Below the pieces are notes generated by a model. It saw only the letters and a program-made list of their open reading frames with translations, did not search any database and was not told where the DNA came from. Positions 1 through 8,700 of a stretch of 9,967 nucleotides of DNA are shown piece by piece; position 1 is the stretch's first letter, and every line of letters begins with the position of its first letter. The position numbers and the translations under genes are program-made. Origin of the DNA: Zygophlyctis sp. KS116 (taxonomy: Eukaryota; Fungi; Chytridiomycota); assembly GCA_054661495.1 (NCBI GenBank), contig BAAFSQ010000339.1:1-9967 (forward strand), in the 5' to 3' direction.

Positions 1-273
1 CAGCCAGTCTTTGAGTTCGGAGAATTTCGCGTTCCGCGCAAATTTTGTTGCAAATAACTTTTGATTATATTTCAACAGGATCAATGCTTTTGCAAGGTTA
101 TCCTTTTGAATCCAGAGAGAAGATGCTTCAACCTCAGTTTCTGCTAGTTTAGGACTGGTTCCATCAATAGTCTTTATGACATTGGTTCTGTAGAAAAGGG
201 TTGCCATATCCTGCAGCCATTTATGGCCGTTGGAAGAGGTAAGATAAATAGACTTTGTGATTTTAGTAGACAT
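1..273 (-). CDS. gag: Ty1/copia gag N-terminus; the ORF runs off the window edge
   Basis: Manual translation from the minus-strand ATG at 273 gives 91 codons with no stop: MSTKITKSIYLTSSNGHKWLQDMATLFYRTNVIKTIDGTSPKLAETEVEASSLWIQKDNLAKALILL... This fits the copia gag pattern L-x3-N-x3-W-x3-M...IDG-x2-P...W-x3-D-x2-A-x3-I. It is not in the ORF track, probably because there is no stop in the window. Confidence 0.75.
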   Translation of the reverse strand, partial: MSTKITKSIYLTSSNGHKWLQDMATLFYRTNVIKTIDGTSPKLAETEVEASSLWIQKDNLAKALILLKYNQKLFATKFARNAKFSELKDWL

Positions 274-294
274 TTCGACTGATAATTGTTACCT

Positions 295-366
295 TGATAT
301 GACATCAAATAGAACCGTTCACTTCAAAGGTAGCAAATTTAAGTATTTATATATAGGCTCTAAACA
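295..366 (-). repeat. Possible short 5' LTR of the minus-strand copia element
   Basis: A TG...CA-bounded segment of ~72 nt containing TATATATAAATA. It lies between the end of gypsy RNase H similarity and the gag ATG. No partner LTR is in the window and no clear PBS was seen. Confidence 0.3.
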
Positions 367-374
367 TGTCAATC

Positions 375-485
375 TACGAACGACAGGGAATCCGGACCAT
401 TGTACTGTTTTTTTGGCTGTAGGATTATTTTCAAAGCAGAGCCTGATGCATCTGTGGCAAAACATTGGGAAATTTGGATAGACGC
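375..485 (-). pseudogene. Ty3/gypsy RNase H fragment (degenerate)
   Basis: Minus-strand reading YPNFPMF / frameshift / FATDASGSALKIILQ...QYNG.D.PV. TDAS at 444-455 is the gypsy RNase H first catalytic Asp motif (TDAS-x2-A-x-G-x-IL-x-Q). Confidence 0.6.
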
Positions 486-1164
486 AAGCGTTTAAGTTGA
501 AGATTTCTGGACAATTTTTTTTGGAATTCCTTGAGTGTTGTAAGTGATTTTCCTAAGTAATGATAGTAGGACAAACCTTTTGTTTTCAGTAAAGTTGCAC
601 TAGTAATTCTATTGAGCGCCTTTGTTAAAAACTGAGAATTTAATTTTTATATATAGGAAATGGAAAAAAATTTCAAAAGCAAAAATAGAAAAAATTAATT
701 TCTTAACTAAGACTAAATACCCAAGTTCGTAGTTGGTGGAGTAACGCAAGGAGCGATTGTTTTTGTAGGTTTAGTTGGAGTGCCTACTCTCGATGTTTTG
801 ATAACCGGTTGAAGATTCACATTTTCGATTGGGTTCTGGTAAGATACGCAGATTTAACAATCTTAACAACAGATTTGGGAGATAACCCTTAGTGAAATTC
901 CATGATAGTCTTTGAGACTATAAGCTAACGGAATAAATTGCACAACAACTAAATCTCCAGAAGAAATATGTTAGGTTAGGGGGTTAAAAACAAAGAGGCT
1001 GAGTGATCTTTATCATGCTCAAACTTTTTTGCCCTAACCAGCTGAAGTCTGAGTTGCAACAATTGTTTGGAAATTCGGTTTGTTCTCTGTAAAACTTGGC
1101 AATATTTTCCTTTTGTTGAAAAGTGATTGAAGAGGTAAACATTTTATTGTTCATTATTGAAGTG

Positions 1165-1413
1165 AAAAAACGAACGTGTTTATCTGACATTAGAAGGTCT
1201 TGTAAAGTCTCTTGTGACTTGAACTTTTAGGGGATCAACTACATGCCCGAGATAGGTAAATGATGTCCGAAAGAAATCGCATTTCTTAAGCTTAAGTTTT
1301 ACTTGGTATTTCCGTAACTGTGCAAAGATAAGAGCGAGATGATTGAGATGGTCTTCTTGAGTATCACTGAAGATACATATGTCATCAATATAAACAATAA
1401 CAAATTCATCAAT
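1165..1413 (-). pseudogene. Ty3/gypsy reverse transcriptase C-terminal fragment
   Basis: Translation IDEFVIVYIDDICIFSDTQEDHLNHLALIFAQLRKYQVKLKLKKCDFFRTSFTYLGHVVDPLKVQVTRDFTRPSNVR*TRSFF. It has YIDD (1381-1392), H-x2-HL, KC-x-F, YLGH and RSF motifs, a small deletion after YLGHVV, and an in-frame TAA at 1180-1182. Confidence 0.9.
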
Positions 1414-1622
1414 GGTTAGGTTTGGTTTCTTAACAAATGCTACAAGTTTTATTCAACTTCCCTGTTTTAAAATTTGGAAATTCTCCAAAAGAATAAAATG
1501 TTTGACAATTTACACATAGCATAAAACAATTAAGTCGCTTAGGACATCTCAGAGATTCAGGTCTTGCTGTTTTTTTAAATAAATATATCTTCGTCCACTC
1601 CCGTGATAGTTTTATCCATTGC

Positions 1623-2880
1623 TCAGTCGAAATCGGGCTCTGCCGATTCCGGTAGAAAGAATTTGTGAAGAGAAAACTTTTCTTTAACCCTAAGTTTTAA
1701 TATCGGTTCATATTGATTAATGCAAGAAAATACCCCTCTGTTTCTGTTACTTGAGCTTGATGATTTAGCGACTTTCCCAAATCCGGCTAAATCAATCAAA
1801 TCCAAAGTTCTTTCAATTTCAGTTGTGTCAATCCTTTTTGCCCTGACGATATCTGAATTACTTAAAGATCTTCCAGAACAGTATATAACACGTTTCACAT
1901 TGAATATTTCTGAGTTCGTGGGACAAATGACGACTTCTTCCAAACTTCTTTCCATGATAACACCGAAATCGTTTTCAAACTTTCCATTTTTCAAGATTAC
2001 ACTAAAAATTATAAATTCAAATGCTATCGCTGCGTCAAATAATAATTGGCTACAATTTTTGCCATTTCAATGGTATGAGCAGTAATAAATGAGGAAAACC
2101 CTTTGGTTTCTAACACCTTATTTTTTAATCAATAGAAATAAATTTTCCAAAATATTTCAGACTCCATCTATCCGGAAAACCATTCCCGGAAGTTTGCCGT
2201 ACTCTGCGTGGAGGTCTTCATTATTTGAGTTTCTTCATTACATCGAAATAGAATTAAAAATCTGCTCAAATTTTAATTGACCAACATTATCCGTTGAATA
2301 TATCATTTTCTGTTTTTCTATTTCTTTACGACGTTGTTCCCAGATTCCACCAAATATATCTATAATTAAATCTGTTCTTTACCTTTTAAAATTGAAAAAT
2401 CAAAAAAATTTTACGCATAACTTCCATAGTTGAAAACTTAGGTGTTGAAATCAAAAATCTACAATATGAATTGGATCTATTAATCACCTTTCTAGAAGAC
2501 CGTCATAATTTTGTTCATAACGTTTAAGAAAACTTATAATTGTTTTCGGACGTATACAACCACTTAAATTAAGGGCAAACTTTTCTATTTCTCTGGCTCC
2601 CTGAGTTTTTCTAACAAATTTAAATTGACCACCCCATGAAATTTAAGATTCATAGTTCTAAATTTATTATCATCTATTATTAATAATTATGATATAACCT
2701 TTTAATGAATATAAATTGTTAAGATAATTCTGCCCCGTCATTAATCATCAATTGGGTTGTCATTCCCTCTAAACTCCCATCTAGAAAAATATAATCCACA
2801 TTATCCGTCTGATGGCAACGCAACATTTGACGAAGTGGCTCATATATTGTCTTAGGAATATGAGTTTTGCGCGTCCCTTT
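1623..2880 (-). pseudogene. Unidentified degenerate gene with candidate mini-introns
   Basis: Coding-like minus-strand segments include KGTRKTHIPKTIYEPLRQMLRCHQTDNVDYIFLDG..., SWGGQFKFVRKTQGAREIEKFALNLSGCIRPKTIISFLKRYEQNYDGLLE, IFGGIWEQRRKEIEKQK and ORF 1623-1994. They are broken by stops and frameshifts. Removing the 29-nt GT..AG segment at 2459-2487 bypasses a TGA and keeps the frame open. No family recognised. Confidence 0.4.
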
Positions 2881-4051
2881 TCGACCCACTAAAATTGAAA
2901 AAAGAATTATCGGGTAGGGTTACCGTAATGAAACAGTCAGATCCCATTAAAAATAATATAACATGCAATAGAATCGTTAAGATTACGATGGGTTCTACCC
3001 CCAAACCTTAGACGTAATGCTTCATTTTGACCAATCTGGTTAAAGAGAATATTCCGAAACTTGAAAGTTGAAGGCTGAAAAACAAAATTTGAGTTGAAAG
3101 GCTTAATTTTTTCGAGAATCAAACTCAGAACGTGAAATTTTTTTTTATATGAAGAATAACTAAGGTTAGGACAAAAGCGCAAATTTTGACCCTATGGTGG
3201 GGACTAGATGTCCCACTTTTTCGAAAACTAATAAAATATCTAGGTCTCATTTACTATGTGAGCGCCATACTAAAAAAATTTTATAATGGAATTTTTCGAA
3301 AATGGGGGACAGTCGTCCTCACTTACTAGTTCTCCGCAACAAGTCGTTATTGATGGATCTATTCTAGATGTTTATGATGCACAAGTAACTCAGATCAGAA
3401 ACAATATTGTCTGCGAAGGATCTCACATTTGCTACCGAAACTCAATAGTCAGGTTTATTAAATGGCTATCGTAAAATAAGCCGAATCTTTTGCCTCCTGA
3501 AGTACAGCTTCAAATTGATGATAAGAATCAATCTGAAGCAAAACAGATTCTAATAAGCCACTTGTGTAATTTCTCTTCAAATCGGCCACACATTCTACTA
3601 GACGAATTAAGTGCAAGGGACTTTATGCACTGGATAGTTTCTCTTCGCAGAGAAGAAGGGAGCTATATGCAAAGACTACATATTCCGCACATAGGTCCGC
3701 ATTATTCTATCTGTTTAAAATTTATGACCGTAGTCAATCAGTAGAGTTTCAAGAGGAGCTCTCAAGAATGTTTGCGGGTTTGAAAAGGGAAATCACTCAA
3801 ATGTTCTCAGTAAGTGGAGTGTCATTAAAAGAGGGGAAGGATCCTCTCCCCTTTGATATTCTAAAGATATTATCTAGAGAAATGATTTATCATGGAATCT
3901 CATGTGCAGGGCATCAAACACAGAAAGAATTTATTATAAACACTTAGAATGGAGAAACGATGCATTGTGTATCTACTTCTCTCACCACAAAGGAGGTGGT
4001 GACCGTCCAAAGGACCCCAGGCATATCTACGCCAATCCTCTGACCCCAGAG

Positions 4052-4080
4052 GTAGCCTACTTATAAAACTAATGAATTAA
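4052..4080 (+). other. 29-nt intron in the Crypton gene; 3' splice site degenerate (ends TAA rather than TAG)
   Basis: Sequence GTAGCC...ACTAAT...TAA. Removal joins ANPLTPE to ICPMLSLG in frame, restoring the conserved ANP-x2-PEICP motif. Confidence 0.65.
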
Positions 4081-4198
4081 ATTTGCCCAATGCTATCTCT
4101 AGGGATTTACTTGCTTTGTTTTGGATTTAACACATGTGGTAAGTTGTTTCCTTGCAGGAAACAATATGACAGATTTTGTAAATTTCTGAAGCGAATTG

Positions 4199-4223
4199 GT
4201 ACAACTAATAATTCTAAAAAAAG
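4199..4223 (+). other. 25-nt GT-AG intron in the Crypton gene
   Basis: GTACAACTAATAATTCTAAAAAAAG. Removal exactly joins the frame starting at 4081 (...FLKRI) to the 4196-4996 ORF frame (GGTENISA...). Confidence 0.8.
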
Positions 4224-4739
4224 GTGGAACTGAAAACATTTCTGCAATCTACCAAAGACGAGGAATTAATGTGGATGATATTGGAACGCACTCCATTCGG
4301 AAAGGAGCTTCGACATACTCTACTTCAGGAAGCACCCAGTGCCCAGGATCTACTGCAGTTTATCTAAGAGCTGGATGGACTCTTGGCGGAGTACAGGACC
4401 GCTACTTACGTTATGAGGGAGCGGGTGATCAGTTTGTTGGTCGCACAGTGGCTGGAGTAAATATTCTGAGTGAGGATTTTGCTGTGCTGCCCCCTCACTT
4501 TCAGCCAGTTTATAATGATTATATATTTGATGCGCTTAATATCTTGATGCCATGCCATGAAGAATATATGCCAATGGGCGCGGAAATTATGGCATCAGTA
4601 GTATACCAGAAGGACTGGATAAAAAACAATTTACAAAGTAGACATCCAGTATTTAACACAATTTTATTTTGTCAAACAAATTTGATGAATGGTCTCTACG
4701 AAAAGCTTCAAACTGAAGAATCTATGATGCAACCTTCTG

Positions 4740-4766
4740 GTAATATCATATTCTACTTAATATTAG
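4740..4766 (+). other. 27-nt GT-AG intron in the Crypton gene (in frame)
   Basis: GTAATATCATATTCTACTTAATATTAG. Removal converts SGNIIFYLILGVPPH to SGVPPH, matching the [T/S]G[I/V]PPH motif. Confidence 0.75.
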
Positions 4767-5135
4767 GAGTTCCTCCCCATGTAGGATTTTATAGGAGAAT
4801 GGAGATGCTAAAGATTATTGCGGAAACAAATAGAAATGATCTTAATGAAAATATCAACAATATGCAATCAAATATAATAACCCAGATAGGTAATATAGTA
4901 CGTGATATTGCAGTACCTCCCAGCCATATCACTACAAATAATATGGAATCAATGTTTCTAAACTGCTTGGAAAGATTAGGAATAGCAGGTGCCTAACAGC
5001 AAAGTCAAAATGTGCAGAATGAAATTATAGAGCCAGTAGTAAGTCAGACAGCTGATATTGTAAACAATTGGGGGATGTTCAGAAGGCCTATTCCAAGAAA
5101 TTCTCCAAGACAAATGTGGTTTCTTTGGCATAAAT

Positions 5136-5162
5136 GTACAAATGTGCTGAATGTAACATAAG
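5136..5162 (+). other. Candidate 27-nt GT-AG intron in the Crypton C-terminal region
   Basis: GTACAAATGTGCTGAATGTAACATAAG contains an in-frame TAA. Removal gives MWFLWHK-(T|GA)-NDRETFRPFKY, so a stop remains unless T5135 was originally G (giving K-G-N). Confidence 0.45.
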
Positions 5163-5562
5163 GAAATGACCGGGAAACTTTCAGACCTTTTAAATATTAC
5201 AGAGGATGTGATTTTGGAAAGGATAAAAGAAGATATAGCGAATGTGAGAAGCTTATGGGTCTTTTGTGTGTCGACTTGGGTCTCTGGATTGCAAGATTGA
5301 GTCAATCGGGATGGCGATCCAATTATAGATAAATATTTGAGCGACGACAATGAATATTATAATCTTTCTATACATTTCTTTGAAAAAATTAAATTTATTA
5401 GGTTAAAAACTAGTTTTAGGGCGGAATCCCCAAAAGTTACCCAAAATTCCATCCACATATAAATCTTTTTGAGAGTTTGATAACCCTAGAGTCCGGTTTG
5501 TAAACAGTTGAATTTTAAATATCCACAGAACCGTCCTCGTTAGCTTTCAAGGTGAAATAAGT

Positions 5563-5669
5563 TGAAATTAGACTTTTGCAGATATGTTAAGGGGATAAGC
5601 CACACTGATGTTTTAAGTTTTTTCTTCTAAAACATCAGGTAAATATAAGTTTTTTCTTCTAAAACATCA
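5563..5669 (+). repeat. 5' LTR (107 bp; possibly extends to 5680)
   Basis: Direct repeat of 9619-9757, differing by 2 substitutions and by having one fewer 32-bp tandem unit. Confidence 0.92.
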
Positions 5670-5680
5670 GAATTTTAAGT

Positions 5681-5698
5681 GATTAAGAGTCTCACGCT
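5681..5698 (+). promoter_or_regulatory. Primer-binding site complementary to the anticodon arm of tRNA-Lys(CUU)
   Basis: GATTAAGAGTCTCACGCT. The reverse complement AGCGTGAGA-CTCTTAA-TC matches the D-stem 3' strand, anticodon stem and CTT loop typical of eukaryotic tRNA-Lys(CTT). No TGG-type PBS is present. Confidence 0.8.
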
Positions 5699-5705
5699 TA
5701 TCATA

Positions 5706-8700
5706 ATGACAGCTGATGAAAGTAAGAGTAAATCCAAACTAAGAGGACAAATCAATTACATTAAATGGTCAAAGCGATTCCATGCACTTGCTAAGATCAA
5801 AAATTGTGGAGCCTGCAGTAATGGAAAATTTACTCCAAAAGAAGGAAAGAAAGATGAAGCTTTTGAATGGATTATCAGCAATATCTCTGATGAAGCCATT
5901 CAGACAATTGATGTTGAAAAAGATCTCTAAAAGAACTTGGAACTTTTGAATAATGCCTATGGATATGGCAGACTTAAGCCAATAGCGCAGCAGCAGAAAA
6001 TTTTAGATCTTATAGAATTCCAAATTACGAAAGACCCTTCTCAAGTGTTTCTTTGGTTAGATAAGCAGCTGGACATTTTAAAGGCATGTGGAGGAAGCAT
6101 AGATGAATTACTTTTACGCAGAGTTTTCTCTTCAGGTTTGGAAGTGAAACTGGAGATTTCTGGTTTAACATACGGGGCAAATTAAATCAAAGGAAAACAT
6201 TTGAGCTCGAAGACGTTAAGGATCAAGTTTGGGAGTTTTGGGAGTCACACAGAAACAAAAGAATAGCAGTGGATACATCTCCATTTAATCAATCAAAGAA
6301 AATGGTACCAAGCCCAACTGCGAATCAGGTGTCAGGAAAGAAATGTTCTTATTGCACAAAATTCCGCAAAAGACTAGCTAAATCTCACAATACAGAGGAT
6401 TGTTTTTTTGGTGACTTAGCAGAATTCAACAGAATTGAAGATAGCGCAGTTTCAAATAAAGCACTTTCTTCCTATTCCTGCTTTACTGTCACACCATCTT
6501 CGAGAATATTTTATGATACTGGCTGCACACCGTGTAGTTACTTCAAAGACAAACCAGCCAAGAACTTTAGATCACAACACGGGAGTGTTAGAACGGCTTC
6601 AGATCACACACTACCAACACTTGGAGTGGGGGGAGTTCAAATAGGAGGACTTGTGTTATAGAATGTAGTCTATGTTCCAGGATTTAATCATAACTTACTT
6701 TCAGGAATAGAGGTTATGAAATTGGGATATATTCAAGTCATACAGGATGACAATTTACAAATCTTAGATAAGAATGGAACAATTCTATGTACTGGGAAAT
6801 TCAATCCAGATTATGGTCTCATTGAGATGACTCAAGGATCAAATACTCATGAATGCAATCATTCACGTCAAGTTGATTTGAATACTTGGCATAGAAAATG
6901 TCACATATCAATATTGATACAATTAAAAGGAACCTTAAGCATCAAGGAATAAATATTATAGGAAAGTTTTCTTTCTGCGATGATTGTATAACAGGAAAAA
7001 TGACAGCTTCAAATTCTTAAGTTCCCTCAACGACAGACGAGATGTATTAGAGTTAATTGAAACGGACACTACACCATTTCCTTCAGTATCATATGATGGC
7101 TACTCATATAATGTTAAGTTTGTAGATGTCAGCAGTGGATATATATTTCTGTAATGGATGAGTGACTTAAAATCGCAAAAAACATTAGAGCATTTTAGAC
7201 TGTTCAAGGAGAAGTTTGAAAACATTACAAATAAGAAAATTAAAATTGTTCGTAGTGATGGTGGTTCCGAGTATCAGGGGGTTAGGTCTTAAGGCTACTG
7301 GTATAGTGAAACAGACTGGACAAGCTCATAGAAAGCATTTTCCTCCAAGAGCAGAACGTGCGCATCGAACAATTCTAAATCTTGCCCGTGCTAGTCATAC
7401 ATCGTCGAAATTGCCACTCAAGTATTTTAGTGATGCACACAGACATGCTGTTTACTCTTACAATAGAATGGCTCAGAAACAAATTTCTCCGTATGAGGCT
7501 ATTTATAGAAAAGCACCATCTATTTATCAATGTCATCCATTTGGCTCAGTATGTTATTCACATGTACCAAAAGCAAATCGTTCACTTGAAAAACTCGATA
7601 ATACTGGGATCAAATGCAGATTTTTAGGATACGGAGATGATGATTCTTTATTTGAACAAAGGCAGGGGTTTAAATTGTTAAGGGAGTCAGATCATAAGAT
7701 ACTTTACTCAACAGATGTTGTATTCAAAGAAACAGAAAAAATATTACCTCTGCCCTCAAGTGTTCTACAAGACTACAATGAATTTTATGGTTATCTAGAA
7801 ACAACTGAACAATCATTTCAGATGGAAGAGCAAGTTGATAGTGATTCTGAATCAGACTCTGAACCAGATGATATAGTTGAAAATGAATTGAATGAAGCCA
7901 TAAATAGAGGTCACATAGAGACAGAGAGAGGAACCTCAATGAAGAATCTAGTCATGCTAGCTAGAGAAACTAGTCTTCCAATAGATACTATCAGTCATCC
8001 AGATTTCATGAAATGCTTAAGTGTTGCAATGTCACAAGACTGCCCATTGTCATACGATGAAGCAATTAATTCTTCTGAATCTGAAAGCTGGAAAAAAGCT
8101 ATGGAACAAGAAATGGTTCTATATCAGATGCATGTACTTGGGAAATCAAGAAAAAACCAAATGAAAAGGTCAAACCAGTTAAATGTCGTTGGATTTTCAC
8201 GAAAAAATATGATAAACATGGTAATGTAAAAAAATTTAAAGCAAGATTAGTTGCAAAAGGGTATTCACAGCAATATGGTCTAGACTACTTTGAAACTTTC
8301 TCTCCAGTGGTTAAATTTAAATCTATAAGGACTCTTATTGTTGCTATTGCAGCAGCTATGAAGCTTGACATCTTTCAGGATGATGTGCCAACTGCTTTCC
8401 TGAAAGGGAATTTAAAAGAGGAAGTCTGGATGGAGCAGCCTCCAGGATATCACCAGGGTAACAAGGATGACCTTTGTTTCCTACGAAAAACTTTATATGG
8501 ACTTAAACAAAGTCCAAGAGAATGTTATCAAGTAATGGATAACTATCTCACGTCGATGGGTTTCAAAAACTCTTTGGCAGATCCTTGCATATATTTCAAG
8601 CAAGATCCAATGATCTTTGTTGGTGTGTATGTTGATGATATTGCAACTGTTGGTGAGGAAGCCCATGTCAATTCATTCAGAGGAAAGCTAAGAACACATT

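Larger units (their letters stand above)
3193..5332 (+). mobile_element. Crypton (CryptonS-like) tyrosine-recombinase DNA transposon, decayed; right end not defined
   Basis: Contains the tyrosine-recombinase coding sequence below. TATGG at 3193-3197 resembles the reported CryptonS terminal motif and is followed by a small hairpin (GGGAC-TAGAT-GTCCC). No matching right terminus was found. Confidence 0.8.
3286..5332 (+). pseudogene. Crypton tyrosine recombinase, disrupted by stops, frameshifts and deletions
   Basis: Reassembled motifs: YSAHRSALFYLF, FAGLKR, KEGKDPLPF, LSWNLMCRASNT (catalytic R at 3908-3910), HLEWRNDAL, DPRHIYANPLTPE-ICPMLSLGIY, DIGTHSIRKGASTY (HxxR at 4289-4300), RAGWTLGGVQDRYL (catalytic Y at 4403-4405), GDQFVGR, LPPHF, GVPPH. 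Lesions: TAA at 3472 and 4994, frameshifts near 3670 and 3887. Confidence 0.88.

Noticed and set aside
257-1190. ORFs 257-481(+) and 984-1190(-) as genes
   Set aside because: The first is antisense to the gypsy and copia relics. The second starts out of frame within the RT fragment and has no recognisable motif.
1720-2280. Plus-strand ORFs 1720-2085 and 2089-2280
   Set aside because: Their S/L/F/I-rich composition is typical of antisense shadows of the minus-strand coding sequence.
971-3170. GGTTAGG/TTAGG motifs at ~971-980, ~1414 and ~3164 as telomeric repeats or TIRs
   Set aside because: There are only one or two units each, all in the same orientation, with no extended similarity.
4196-4996. 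Phage integrase or bacterial Xer recombinase
   Set aside because: The flanking motifs and spliceosomal-type introns indicate a eukaryotic Crypton, and the ORF start in the track overlaps an intron.
5254-5258. TATGG as the right Crypton terminus
   Set aside because: It falls inside the apparent C-terminal coding frame (KLMG).
6659-6661. TAG as a programmed gag-pol readthrough site
   Set aside because: It lies inside the protease domain, downstream of DTG, and is one of several stops. It is most likely a nonsense mutation.
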